Assembly (NCBI GenBank): GCA_951406725.2
Contig: OX597819.1
Coordinates: forward strand, 89,714,001-89,778,000
Length of the DNA stretch: 64,000 nt
Direction: 5' to 3'
DNA from: Octopus vulgaris
Taxonomy: Eukaryota
This document shows positions 12,790 through 26,432 of this stretch, in pieces. The translations under genes and the position numbers were made by a program. Each line of letters opens with the position of its first letter. Position 1 is the first letter of the stretch. The notes beneath the pieces are model-generated. The model did no database searches and was not told the origin of the DNA. It saw only the letters and a program-made list of their open reading frames with translations.

Positions 12790-13936
12790 TAATTGTGCAA
12801 CCTGATAATCGCTACCTCATATGAGTGACAATGAAAAAACAAAATATTGTGAATAACGGTGGTAATGAAACTGAAGCCAATGATGGTGACAGTGTTACAC
12901 CTGGTAGGCTGAGAGATTCTGGTCCAGCTTCGGCCTGTTGATATCCAGAAAGGGACCACCACACATGGCATAGATGGAGCAAACAAATTAATGTTGTGTT
13001 CATGGAGTGTTACTACCTGAGCAACCCGGTAGATGAAAATGGTGTTCAAATTAGGGTTTGCCGACAACGTATGCATGATCATTGGAGAGAAAAGGGATTG
13101 TTTGAACTCACGGAACAGAGACTATGTGATCAAGCTAGAGCAATAAGAAAAAATTGTTGGTTCACAGTAGTAGAGCTCGAAGCTGTCAAAAGACAGGTCA
13201 TGGACAATAGCAGCATAGATAAGAATGAAAATACAGTTCTTACTAATAAGAGTAATCCCATAGCACAGGAAAGGAGCAGTGGTAGCATACTTGATGAGAG
13301 ACATATAGATGATCTAAAAGAAGACGATAAAACTAATAGCAACATGACAGATGAATAAAAGGCAATGTACGACAGAATAAAAGTAAGACTACAAGAGAAT
13401 AATAGCGACATTATTTCCAAAGTTAAGAAGGTTGATCGATGAAAATTGAACCAAGAAACGAAAAATGTCAATGAAATTCTGAAATACATCAGAACAAACA
13501 ACATCACAGAAACAAATAATTTGATCAAAGCAGCAAGTATTGTTGTAGCAGAAAATGTGGGTGTCGATGTCAAGAAAAAGAAACATAATGGGAGTGACAA
13601 AAGAAAAGATCCATGATGGAAAAGAAGAATCCAGACAGGGTTAGACATGCTCTCGAAGGTAATCTCTGTGTTAGACTGATAAGAGAAAGGGGAGCTTAAA
13701 AGTGAACAAAAATACAGGGTGCTGAAAAGGAAGTATAATATTGAAAGAAAGGGCCTGAAAGTAGTAATGGAGGAACTGAAACAGTACTCCATTGCAAAGA
13801 TGGTAAGATATGACCAAAGAATGATGGGTTACCACCAGAATAGGTTATTCAGAGTAGATCAGAAGAGAATCTATAGAGAAATAAATGGAGGATGTACACA
13901 TGAAAAGTTGATACCAGGTAATATTGAAAGTCAATA
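12790..13936 (+). mobile_element. R4/Dong-clade (RLE) non-LTR retrotransposon, N-terminal part, abutting (TAA)n
   Basis: 'MECYYLSNP…RQRMHDHWREKGLFELTEQRLCDQARAIRKNCWF…ELE' and 'RYDQR…QNRLFRVDQKRIYREING' are characteristic of R4/Dong/Rex6 ORFs; in-frame stops present. Confidence 0.8.
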
Positions 13937-14680
13937 GAAAATTACTGGTCTTGTGCCAAAATTTGAAACTGTTATTATGTCAGTTTACAAACAAAGGATG
14001 AAACAAATCTGAGAAGGAAAAGGTATTTTGAATTCACTGAATAAAGGTGGTATAACTAATAACTTTCTAGCTGAAATTGAAATAGAAAAGATCAGAAGAG
14101 AAACTGAAAATGGACCAGAAGAGGAAGTCACAGACAAAGAGATTGATAAGGTTACAGAATTTGAAGAAGTAGTCAAAGAAGAATTAGAATTATCTCAATT
14201 GTGAAATGAAACACACAATGATTAAGAATGGAGGTTTAGATGAAGAAAAATACAGTTTTGATGAAAGATCAAGTAAAAATGCAACATGATCCCGAGAGAA
14301 AATGCCACCAAACTTAATATATATGAATAGGAATAAGTTTAGACTAGAAACACGAATTGTAAATGGCATATTGTCGTTAGTTCCAACAAACAATATAACT
14401 GAAACAAATACTTTGATATATGCTGTAGGAAATGTTGTGGTGGAAGAAGTCTGGTTTAAGGAAGGAAACAATAAAAATGATTGTATTAGATTGGACTGGA
14501 TGGCCTGCAGGATGAAAGCCTCAGCACATTCTCTCTACCAACCATGGTCTGCTGTGGAGGCCATGAATTTGAGCTTGAGATCATACTGGTTTGATGAACC
14601 TACTCTGCCACACTGGCTTGACAGAGGGGTGCAGTTTCTTTTTTTAATACTCATACACAATATGAGTATTAAAGTATACT

Positions 14681-14856
14681 AGGCGCAGGAGTGGCTGTGT
14701 GGTAAGTAGCTTGCTAACCAACCACATGGTTCCGGGTTCAGTCCCACTGCGTGACATCTTGGGCAAGTGTCTTCTACTATAGCCTTGGGCCGACCAAAGC
14801 CTTGTGAGTGGATTTGGTAGACAGAAACTGAAAGAAGCCAGTTGTATATATGTATG

Positions 14857-14923
<67 letters not shown>

Positions 14924-15140
14924 ATATGTTTGTGTGTCTGTGTTTGTCCCTCTAGCATTGCTTGACAACCGGTGCTGGTGTGCTTACGTCCCCGTCACTT
15001 AGCAGTTTGGCAAAAGAGACCGATAGAATAAGTACTGGACTTACAAAGAATAAGTCCCGGGGTCAATTTGCTCGACCAAAGGCGGTGCTCCAGCATGGCC
15101 GCAGTCAAATGACTGAAACAAGTAAAAGAGTAAAAGAGTA
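14681..15140 (+). mobile_element. Full-length tRNA-derived SINE family A with internal (TA)n/(TG)n
   Basis: A-box 'tggctgtgtggtaa', B-box 'ggttcagtccc', CORE-like 'cttgggcaagt', tail (gtaaaaga)n. Further copies at 36659-37072(+), 22935-23330(-), 5790-6053(-), 18288-18447(+), 29190-29335(-), 29560-29710(+), 60290-60450(+). Confidence 0.9.
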
Positions 15141-16519
15141 TACCCAAACTAAGGATGGACTTGAGTAAAATCAACAGATGAAAAATGAGAAAGTTACCTG
15201 ATAAAGGGTTTAAGGAAAGGTTGAAAAGAGATTATGAAATTGCACAGAAAAGCAATGACATCTTAAATGAAGAGTTGAGACAAAGAGTAGTGACAGCTAA
15301 TGGAAAATTGGAAAGAATGTTACAGACAAAATAAACTCTTACATTCACTTCAGAAAAAGTTGTTTGATGAACTAGTGGGTAAAAGAAGTGAGTGAGTTAT
15401 TCAAGATGTAGAATAAAGTAGAGAATGCTGAAATGAAATATGAGATCAACAAGCTGAACATGACAGCAATGTAGAATGGTTAGGAACTTTGGAGAAAGAA
15501 ATGGAAATTATAGAGAAACAGGAAAATATTGTTATTAGAGTAGTAACAGTGAAGAAGCTGTTAAAGAAAATGCCAAATTGGAAGGGACCTAGACCAAACA
15601 GTATTGAAGGGTTTTTGTTGATGAGATTTTCATTTCTACATGATAGAATCTCAAATCAGCAGAACAGATCAGAGAATTGTGGCACTTTGAATGACTACTG
15701 TGTCTTGTGTTGAGAATAATGATAAGGGAAACATAATTTCTAATTCTAGGTCAATAATTTGCTCACCTCTAATGTGGTAGCTTCTCACAGGTACATTTGC
15801 AAAAGAGCTTTGTGAGAATCTTGAGGATAAAGGAATTTTGCTGGTGGAAGAAAAAGGATGCAGAAAGGGAAGCAAGGGCGCAAAAGATCAACTGCTGATT
15901 GATAAAATGGTAACAAAGAATTTAGGAGGTGGCTGACAAATCTAGGGATAGCTGGGATAGATTACAAAAAATTCTTTGATATGGAAGTAAAAAACCATGG
16001 GTATCTATGAAGGGATAGATAATATCAAGCATTAATCTGTGGCAGTTTGAGACAATGGAACATTGAATTAGTACCTGGGACACAATCACAGGGAAATGTT
16101 CACATAAAATGAGGAATATCTCAGGGAGAGAGTGTGTCATCACCTTTATTCAATACAACTCTCATGCCACTCATTGGGATATTACAAAAGGCAAAGGCAG
16201 CTTTTGATCAGGGGTGATCCATTGGAAAGCTGAGCCATGTACTTTTTGATGGCTGATATAGAATTGTTTGCGAAACATGTTTAGCTGTCAAGTAAATATG
16301 TCTGAATATTTTCTGAAGATATTTGAATAGAGTTTGGTCTAACAAAGTGCACAGTATTAATTTGGAAGAAGCGGAAAGTGATTCAAAGTGAAGGTTTACA
16401 AGTGCTTGGAATTGAATATTTAAAAAAATTGATTTAAGTTGCAGGATATATATATATCTGGATGTGCTAGAGACTTATGGAATGAAAAAGAAGAAAATGA
16501 AAGATAAGATTATGGTAGG

Positions 16520-16715
16520 TTGTCCATCGGTGTCCAATGATGACAAAGTCTGCGTTCTTAGCGATGAGAGTGCATGTGACTCCGCAGTCTAAGGCTGGAA
16601 GCACTCAGACGCCCAGAGATGTCACAGTGATAGTCTGTTGACTGGATTGAGCTGGATGCTGTCTTGTGACATCTTTCTCTTGCAGCATCTCGATGCTGTC
16701 GCTGGTCCTCTTCGA
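16520..16715 (-). mobile_element. RTE (BovB-like) LINE 3' fragment
   Basis: 'YHCDISGRLSASSLRLRSHMHSHR*' resembles the C-terminal CxxC…SRIGLxSHxRxH motif of RTE ORFs. Confidence 0.55.
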
Positions 16716-17325
16716 TGGGATTATGATAGAGTATAAAGGGAGAATAAGGAAAATACTGAACCCATATTTGACATAACATTGGCTATATTTTCAAGAGCAT
16801 TTGTTTCTGTTCCTCCATTATAATTTAACCTCCCATCATCTGGTACAAAACCACCTCCTCCTATTATTAGATATGTTGCAGGTACAAATCATTATCATTA
16901 TTTAATGTCTGCCTTCCATGCTGGTAGGAATTAGATGGTTTGACAAAAGCTGGCCAGGGAGAAGACTGCACCAGACTTCTGTGTCTGTTTTGGGATGGTT
17001 TTTATGACTGGATACCCTTCCTAACATCACCCACCCTACAAAGTGGGCTGAGTGCTTTTTATATGGCACCAGCACAGGTGAGGTCAGATTTGGTATGGTT
17101 TTTACAGCTGGATGCCCTTCTAAATGTCAACCATTTCACAGTGTGGATTGGAGGTTTTTTAAATGGAACCAGCACTGGCAGAGTCACTATGTAACTTTGC
17201 ATGACAAGGAATCTTTGAGCAGGGAGAAGGCATTGGAGGAGGTGACTTTGTGGCAGATGATGAAAGGCTAGAGAGAGACAGAAACAGAAACAGGTGTCTT
17301 GCTGTAGAGGAGGTACATGGTTACC

Positions 17326-17387
<62 letters not shown>

Positions 17388-17954
17388 AAATCAAATTTAC
17401 AGACCTTAGGCTGTAAGACAAGAAAACTATTAACAATATTTGGCTCTCGTCACCCTAGAGATGTGGATCAGTTGTGTGTGAAGCGACTGAATGGAGTACC
17501 ATGTCATATGAGATGTGCAGAATTCTGAAATGTACTCCACTATCAAAAATGAGTTAACTCAAATCCCATGAAGCAGGTGCACATGTACTTAAGTACACTT
17601 GCTTAAGTACAGTAAGGGTTAAGTACTCAAAAGCATTTTGTCAGATGCTCTACAATTTATGCCTCTATAAGGTGTTACCATCAATGATTTGGATTGCATT
17701 TACAAGTTTGAATATCACCATCATCATCCTCATTGTTGTCTAATATCTGCCTTCCGTGCTAGCATATCCAAGATATGGTTCTTGAGTCTTTGTTAAAAAT
17801 TAATTCTATTTACACTGTTAAAACCAGTAAGAAAACAATGAACTCATCCTATTTTCCTGTTTATTCAAATGCTTGTACTACTATATGGTACATATATATC
17901 ACAATTGCTTTAAAATAGTGGAAACAAAGAAACAAGGAAAATGAATCAACTTAC

Positions 17955-18057
17955 TATTCATTCATAAATTTAATTACATTCACTTTTGGGTTATCATCTT
18001 TGTATTCTAGAAGCTGAGAAATGCTATCTTCTAAATATAACAGGACTTGAAATCTTT
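17955..18057 (-). CDS. CSTPP1: CSTPP1 exon 2 (ERFQVLLYLEDSISQLLEYKDDNPKVNVIKFMNEY)
   Basis: Long T-rich tract followed by TAG acceptor; donor ATA|GTAAGT; 103 nt, phase 1 to 2. The peptide aligns to human C11orf49 'QRHVLTYMEDAVCQLLENREDISQYGIARFFTEY' (recalled). Confidence 0.92.
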
Positions 18058-18467
18058 CTATAGTAAACAAAACAGAAAAAAAGAAAAAAAAAAACGAAAA
18101 AAAATTATGAATTATATACAGAGGTAAATTCTTGACACAATTCAGAATCTACAAAAACACAGCTAAATATTTAGTCTTCAAGTTCTGTGTCACAGTATGA
18201 CACAGAATACTGAAAATGGATAAGCGAAACATTAGAACAATGTATCTGAACATGACTTTACGAAGTAACTGTCATTAAAATTATATAGGCACAGGTGGGT
18301 GTGGCTGTGTGGTAAGAAGCTTGCTTTCCAACCACATGGTTCCAGGTTTAGTTTCACTGCATGGCACCTTAGACAAATGTCTTCTACAATAGTCTTGAAA
18401 AAGCCTTGTGAGTAGATTTGGTAGACAGAAACTGAAAGAAGCCCATTGTGTATATATATATATATAT

Positions 18468-18619
18468 ATGGTCTTGTCAGCACACTAGAAATAACAGCCA
18501 ATCCTCCATCAATTCATAGTCTACTACCATTCTTATATATATATGTATATATATAAATGGTAGCAGACTATGAGTTGATGGAGGATTGGTTGTTATTTCT
18601 AGTGTGCTGACAAGACCAT
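18468..18619. repeat. 64-bp inverted repeat (3 mismatches) around a TA-rich spacer
   Basis: 18468-18531 is the reverse complement of 18556-18619. Confidence 0.9.
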
Positions 18620-19019
18620 CTGCACAGAGGCTCTTAACTTGCCATCACCTTAACTGGTATTGTTGTTTAGTTCATAGGTGGAGACCTATGATCAAAAGCA
18701 CTCCTTTTTTTTTTCTTTTCTAGGTGTGTGGATACGTTAAAGGCACTCATGCTGGTGACACAGAAAAGGTACCTGTGCCAGGCACACGTAAAAGACAACC
18801 GATCCATTCTATGGAGTGGTTGGTATTAGGAAGGGCATGCAGCTGTAGAAGCCAAGCCAAAACAGACTGGAGCTTGGTACAGCTCTGCAGCTTACCAGTT
18901 CTAGTCAAACCATGTCAGAATGGAAAACAGACACTAAATGATGATGATGACTATGACGACAATGAAGTAGCTAACACTTCATTCTAAAATATTCTTCCTC
19001 TTTTAAGATAGTAGGGTGT

Positions 19020-19078
<59 letters not shown>

Positions 19079-19893
19079 GCTGCTATTTCTAGCAGATCGA
19101 GCAACCACGTAGAGCCTCTCTGTTAAACATATAAAAGTTGAGTGTACAACCAATATTGCAGTCATTCTCTACTGTCCATTACTACAACTATATTTACATT
19201 TGGATATATTTAGTTAATGTACAATTGGTTGTCTTTGATATGCTACATCACTATGAGAACAGCAGTTTCTGTGAGTCACTACTATATTGGTTTGTTGAAG
19301 GGTGGATGATTCACATTTTAATACTGGCACTGTGCGGTTTCTATTTCTCTGACACAAAGTCATTTATTAGACAATAATCCAATCTACCATTTATACATAT
19401 AAATACCATTGGGGTAGGTGCAGATGACCGCTGAGAGCAGTGGTAAGGCTAAACACCATGTATCATTGACAAATCAATTGTGAATGTGAAATGTCGAGCT
19501 GAATGCCTTTCATAGAGTAACGTTTTAAATAAAGGAAAAGGATATTTTCCATCTACTTAAACCATTAATGCCTGAATTAGCAACAGCTTCTTTTATCTTC
19601 TTTTACTTGTTTCAGTCATTGTGGACTGTGGCTATGCTGGGGCACCACCCTGAAGGGTTTTAGTTGAAGAAATCACACACCCAAGTATTTCATTTTTAAG
19701 CCTGTTACTTGTTCTATTAGTCTCTTTTGTTGAATAGCTAAGTTACAGGGATGTAAACAAACCAGCACTGGTTGTCAAACGGAGTGGGGGAAAGGACAAA
19801 GACACAAAAACACACATATATATACAATGTGTGTGTGTGTGTATATACACACAAACACACACATACACACACACACATACACACATACACATA

Positions 19894-20241
19894 CAAGATT
19901 CAGTGAATAAATTGTCTTCTAAATTACGCAAAAATGAAAATAACACTCACATCTCATTTTAACAGATATATTTACCAAAATTATATAAAAATATCTTGAA
20001 GGCAAGAATTATGGCAGCATTCATCAACTTAAACAAGGAGACCATCCAGAAGAGTTGTAAGAGATTCTGAAGTCATCTGGGGGCCGTGGTTGAAGCTCAT
20101 GGCCATTTTATTGGAGAAATTTACTCTTCATTATTTCAAGATATTTATATGTAATTTTGGTAAATATATCTGTTAAAATGCAATGTGAGTGTTATTTACA
20201 TTTTTGCATAATTTAGACAACAATTTATTCAATGCAACCTG
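19894..20241 (+). mobile_element. Non-autonomous Tc1/mariner element with about 105-bp TIRs
   Basis: TA-flanked long TIRs; internal 'KARIMAAFINLNKETIQKSCKRF*SHLGAVVEAHGHFIG' is a transposase C-terminal remnant. Confidence 0.8.
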
Positions 20242-20249
20242 TATGTATG

Positions 20250-20282
<33 letters not shown>

Positions 20283-20379
20283 GTATGCATGTATATATAT
20301 ATACATGTATGTGTGCGTGTGTATACATATATATGTATGTATGCATGTATGTATATATGTATGTATGTAGCTATGTGTG

Positions 20380-22058
20380 GAGAAATACCTAGCCAAAGAC
20401 AAACCTCTGTACTTGGCTTTTGTTGACTTAGAGAAAGCCTTTGACAGGGTCCCCCGGTCCCTTATCTAGTGGTCAATGTGGAAACTGGGAATAAACAAGT
20501 GGTTGGATAGAGCTGTACAAGCCCTGTACAGGGATGCTGTCAGTAAGGTGAAGGTTGGCAATGAGTATAGTGTAGGATTCCAGGTAGAAGTAGGGGTTCA
20601 CCAAGGATCAGTCCTCAGCTCCCTCTTATTCATTATAGTCCTCCAGGCAATAACAGGAATTCAAGACAGGCAGCCCCTGGGAGCTCCTCTATGCTGATAA
20701 TCTTGCTCTAATAGCTGAGTCGCTGCCAGAACTAGAGACAAAGTTTAGAGTGTCGAAGCAAGGTGTAGAATTGAAGAGCCTTAGGGTTAACCTAGCAAAA
20801 CTGAAGTCTTAGTAAGTAGGAAGGCTGACAAATCACAACCCACTTCAAGTAGATGGCCCTGCTCAATCTGTAGAAAAGGCACGGGTAGAAATGCCATACA
20901 ATGTACCCAGTGTAAGCTATGGACACATAAAAGGTGCAGCAATATCAAAGGAAGACAATTTTTGTGTGTAGCAGATGCACAGGGGCAATAAACACTGAAG
21001 ATGTACCGAAAACAGATTCCATCACATGCCAGGGGGAAAAACTAGAAGTAGTTGATAGCTTTTGCTACCTAGGCAACCAAGTCTGTAATGGAGGTGGTTG
21101 CTCTGAAAGTGTGGTGGCTAGAATAAGAATAGCCTGGGCAAAGTTCAGGGAGCTCCTACCTCTGCTGGCAACTAAGGGTCTCTCATTCAGGATGAAAGGT
21201 AGACTGTATGATGCATGTGTGCGAACTGCCATGCTACACAGCAGTGAAACATGGGCCATGACTGTTGAAGACATGTGTAGGCTTGAAAGAAATGATGCTA
21301 GTACGATCCGCTGGATGTGTAATGTCAGTGTGCATACACAACAGAGTGTAAGTGCCCTGAGAGAAATGTTGGACATAAGGAGCATCAAATGTGGAGTGTA
21401 AGAGAGATGACTGTGCTGGTATGGTCATGTGTTACATATGGATGAGGACAGTTGTGTGAGGAAGTGCCATACTCTCACTGTGGAAGTAACCTGTGGAAGA
21501 CGTACACCCAGGAAGACATGGGATGAGGTGTTGAAACATGACCTTCGAACACTGGGCCTCACAGAGGCAATGACAGAAGACCGAGACCTTTGGAGATATG
21601 CTGTGATTGAGAAGATCCGGCAACTAAAGTGAGAACACAGCCATGGCTGTGGCTAATGCCCCCTGACTGACTCCCATTGTGGTGGCATGTAAAATGCATC
21701 ATCCGAATGCGGTCGATGCCAGTGTCCTCTGACTGGCTCCTGTGCCAGTGGCACATAAAAGGCGCCATCTGAACACAGCCAATGCCAGTACCCTCTGACT
21801 GGCTCCCATGCTGGTGGTACATAAAGAGCACTATCCGAATGTGAGTGATGCCAGGACCATCTGACTGGCTCCTGAGCTGGTGGCACGTAAAAAGCACCCA
21901 CAACAGTCTTGGAGCAGTTGGCATTATGAAGAGCATCCAGCTGTAGAAACATTGCTAGGGAGCCTGGTGCAGTTGCTAGCTCTCCAGACCTCAGTCAAAC
22001 CATCCAACCCATGTCAGAATGGAAAACGGATGTTAAACGATGATGATGATGATGATGA
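20380..22058 (+). mobile_element. 5'-truncated RTE-clade LINE (RT, Cys-rich insert, 3' UTR with tandem units, (GAT)n tail)
   Basis: 'LYLAFVDLEKAFDRVP', 'GVHQGSVLS', 'LLYADN', 'WPCSICRKG…CTQCKLWTHKRC', 'DSFCYLG', 'RIRIAWAKFRELLPLL'; frameshifts. Confidence 0.92.
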
Positions 22059-23527
22059 TATATATGTATGTATCTATGTATTTATGTGTGTGTGTGTGTA
22101 TGTATATATATACATACACACACACATATATATATATAAGGCTTCAACAAGTAGAGTAGCACTCGATCAGCTAATAGAGTAAAGATAATGTTATGATAAA
22201 AACCACAAGCCTTGTTAAATACAACTACCCAAGGTTTCCTGGCCAAAACATTAATTGAACCCTTTTGTAACTGTATTTATTTTGAGATGCTTTGCGTTTC
22301 TATCAATTACTTTAAATATAACAAAGAATTTAGTAAAATAACTTAGTTATCATTCATCTGTGAAATTCACTCACAGGGCATTGGTCAGCTCAAAACTAAT
22401 ATAGACACTTGTTCAAGGTGTTGTACAGTGGGACTGAAGTTGAAACCACAAAGTCATGCCTGAAAAAACATTTACTGTGTTTTTCCAAAGCTTATTTAAA
22501 GGTAAATTTAAAAGAGAAAACTGTTTTCTTTTTTACAATAACCCTCAATGCAGAAGACTTGAGATGGTTAGAAAGAAATGAAGTATGCTCTGCTAGATGT
22601 GTAATGCTAGTGTGCATGAATATGGAGCATAAATGAACTGAGATAAATGCTGGATATAAGAATCAGATGTAGTATGCAAGAGAGAAGACTGCACAGGCAT
22701 GGGGGAATGCGATGCTTATGAGTAATGTAGTTGCATTAAGAAGTGCTGAGTGCCTGAAGTAGTTAGAACATAAGAAGGTAATAACAAACCATGACAAGTG
22801 GTGACATGTTTTGCTGGAGAAGATCTGCCCCACAAGAGCCAGCATAGCAAAAGAATCATTAAAATGGTGGTGGTGGTGTTGATGGAGGCTGAGATGAGTA
22901 ACATATCAACATTAGGTTTCTCACTTACTCTCTCTTAACTCTTTTACTTGTTTCAGTCATTTGACTGTGGCCATGTTGGAGCACCAACTTTAGTCGAGCA
23001 AATCGATCCCAGGACTTATTCTTTGGAAGTCTAGTACTTATTCTATCAGTCTCTTTTGCTGAACCACAAAGTTACGGGGACGTAAACATACCACCATCGG
23101 TTGTCAAGTGATGTTGGGGGACAAACAAAGACACACAAACATATACACACACACACATATATATATATATATACGATGGGCTTCTTTCAGTTTCTGTCTA
23201 CCAAATCCACTCACAAGGCTTTGGTCAGCCTATAGTAGAAGACACTTGCCCAAGGTGCCATGCAGTGGGAATGAACCTGGAACTATGTGGTTGGTAAGCA
23301 AGCTACTTATCACACAGCCACTCCTGCGCCTTATTATATTTCTGTTAATTATCCAGTTACTGTTCTCTTTGTCACCCTCTTATCTTGGAGTATAAATCTG
23401 AGGTATGTTTTGGCACAGCCCTTTTGGCAGTGCCTATTGGACAACACCACTGACTTATTTGACATCAGACATTTTAATCTTTCTCCCATTCTCTCAATCC
23501 TTTCCCATCTCTCTCTCTGTTCATGTA

Positions 23528-23907
23528 CACTTGCGTCAGAAATTAATTAGCACTTCTCAAATTTCTACATTAAATAGGTTAAATCAATTAACCTATGAGC
23601 TGTTCAAAACGTCTTACGCGATGAGAAAACTTAGTATGGTGTGATTTCGGTCCTTGCGAGGCGCTACCTATATCTATTAAACAAAGGAAGATTTGTCTGC
23701 ATCTGCACTCCAAGTTGTTGTTGCACTGCTATGTCAACATCATAAGGCTGTAGACTCTCAAACTGCTCTGCAAACAAAGTTACGTCATCGTTCTGCGCAA
23801 CAGTGAACTCGCAACAAAGCAATAGTTCGAGATATGGCCACTAGGTGACAGCACATACCTTGAGTGAAGAGCAAATCAAGGGTGCTAATTAATTTCTGAC
23901 GGTAGTG
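23528..23907. mobile_element. Tc1-like MITE with 26-bp TIRs, TA TSD
   Basis: TA|cacttgcgtcagaaattaattagcac … gtgctaattaatttctgacggtagtg|TA (2 mismatches). Confidence 0.85.
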
Positions 23908-26129
23908 TATGTGAACATATTTCTTTTTATGCATATGAGAAGGAAAGTGTTTATATCAGTAATATTTATCAAATTATAATGTCTCTTTCTCTCTCTTTTG
24001 ATCTGTATATGTCTGTGCATGCATGTCTTTGCACCCAGTGTCAAAAAAAAACATACTGTCACCAGAACAGGTTTAACGTCTAGTCAACTGCATCGGATCA
24101 CCCATGTCTGAACAGCCATGCCCGATTGATTTATTCTGATAAATTTAGCAATAGTTAAAAATTGCTAAAATTAAAGGCATCTTTAGCTTAATAGTTATTT
24201 AGTGTATTTTGCCTCAGTTCATCTCTGAGGCAAGTCCCTTAATACAGTGAGTCATCTCACTGAAAACTTCACTTCCATGCAATGTTATGAAGAACAAATT
24301 AGCCTGGCAGAACTTACTTCTCAATAGGAATAGTTCAACAAATCTGCTGTCAGATATAGGTTCCAATAATCTGAAAATGTTACCCTTAGATAATTGATGT
24401 AGCTGTTTTGCTTTAAGTCAGATCTAACTGAAGAGCCCCATGGTAAATAGGGAGTTGGTTGAATGACAAGATGCAAGCCACAGATCTATTGTTTCACATA
24501 CACCGTGTTTCTACCTAGTCAAGGACAACATTCCACATTCTAACATGGACATAGAGCAACTGTATGATATTCTATACATTTCTAAATGTTGAATTATTTT
24601 CATTCTACCAACATTCCAGTCTTGACGATTCCAATTTCTTCCATGGCATATATATTTCAGTACTTGATTATCTCGAAAACGAAGGTTGGAATTTGAAGTC
24701 AAGTGTGACTGCTACTTCTCATAGCTGATCTTAGTGGTTCACAATATTTTTTTTTACCTGTGGACCCTTTTGATTATTATTTTATTCTGGTGGACCCCCA
24801 TAGCTTCTCAAAGTTTAAAAACTAGTTTTATAGATACTTCTTCCAAAATTCCTATTTTGCTTTTCACACATTAACTTATGTAGGGTGAACTATGTAAAAC
24901 AGAGAAAGAAACTGAAGCAAAATGTTTTTATGAACCTTTAAAATACTAGTGTAGATCTCTAGTTTACTATATTGCTTGCATGGACTCCCACAAATATCAT
25001 ATGGATCCACAGAGGTCATATGGACTCTGGTTGAGAACCACTGGTACAGATGTTCTTTGGTTCATCCAATGTTAAATTTATCTCTCATCTACTTCAGAAA
25101 AAACCTTGGGACTTAAAAGAAATTTCCATCACATTACATTACAAAATTATCTTACTGTCATATCCATACTTTGTACAGATATTTGATGGATATTTTTCAG
25201 TAATCCAATCAAAGAAAATAGTGCAGTCCTTTACGAAGCTAAGAACCAGTTCCCAAAAGCATCTCGAGGCTAAGAAACTATTTACATCACACTACATTAT
25301 CAGATTAATATACTTTGCATTTTCATACTCTCCACAGATACCTGATGATTTTCTTAAAAAGTAATTTAATACTGTGGATATCAACTTTATGAAACAAAAG
25401 CAATGGACACAGCTCTTTCCTCAAGACCAAATTAACTAAATAATTGTAATTATTCAGTTAATGCGATTGAAGAAAATACCCTACACTTAAAAAAAGAAAA
25501 ATAAATATCTCTACAATAATCACAATAATTATTATACTTTTTATAGCATAACCTATTTTTTTAAAAATTACATAATATGATTAATAAATCTAAAACTGGA
25601 AATAGTAGTAAAATTACATTGTGCTTGAAATTATTATTATTATACAAATGACTTTCAAAAGGAGAAAGAATATTTTTCAGGATCGTAACTAATCACTTCA
25701 GAGTATCTTTTGGTGCAGAATCAATAATTTGTTAAATTACGTGCATCTAATTCTCTGCAAGAAATGAAGAGATGGTCAAGGCTATAGGAATGTTGTTACT
25801 GACATTGGTACACCATGGAATCGGGGGAACCGTTGTGAGAAAATTGGAACACTTAGTAATTGAATTATGCAAAAATATCCCCAACAATAATTTAATTTGT
25901 TGCATTTACTACAACTGCCGCTGTCATCGTACTTATATTCATTACCATTGCTATTGTTGTAGTCACCACCATCTCCATCTCCACCACCACCACCACTACC
26001 ACCACCATCATCATCATCATCATCATCAATAGTGTCTTAATCATCACCTTCATCAGTTTTATTTCTGTCCTGCTACATCCCAAAGGGTTCTTCTCCCTCC
26101 TGTTCTTTTGTTTTTTCTTGTTATTATTG

Positions 26130-26352
26130 AGAAGGCAAAATTGTTACTGCACTGGACAAAATATTTAGCAGCATTTCATCTGACGCTTTACACTCTGAGT
26201 TCAAATTCCACTGAGATCGACTTTAACTTTCATCCTTTCAGGGTCAATAAAATAAGTACCAGTAGATCACTGGAGTCGATGGAATTGACGTATCCCCTCC
26301 CCCAAAGTTACTGGTCTTGTGCCAAAATCTCAAATCACTATCATCATCATCA

Positions 26353-26432
<80 letters not shown>

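Larger units (their letters stand above)
13990..17500 (+). mobile_element. Second, more decayed R4/Dong-like element (RT region) interrupted by SINE and RTE pieces
   Basis: 'KKMPNWKGPRPNSIEGF', 'EEKGCRKGSKGAKDQLLIDKMV', 'IDYKKFFD', 'KTRKLLTIFGSRHP..DVDQLCVKR'; many stops. Confidence 0.7.

Noticed and set aside
21640-21905. Five or so spaced repeats 'ctgactggctcc…tggcacgtaaaa' resembling a CRISPR array
   Set aside because: The spacers are homologous to each other. This is a minisatellite in the RTE 3' UTR, in eukaryotic DNA with no cas genes.
24318-24370. Minus-strand AG…GTAAGT-bounded segment (LLEPISDSRFVELFLLR) in intron 1
   Set aside because: Its open frame is incompatible with the phase-1 exon 1 donor (that phase hits TGA), and exons 1 and 2 already join collinearly with the human protein. 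At most a cryptic or poison exon.
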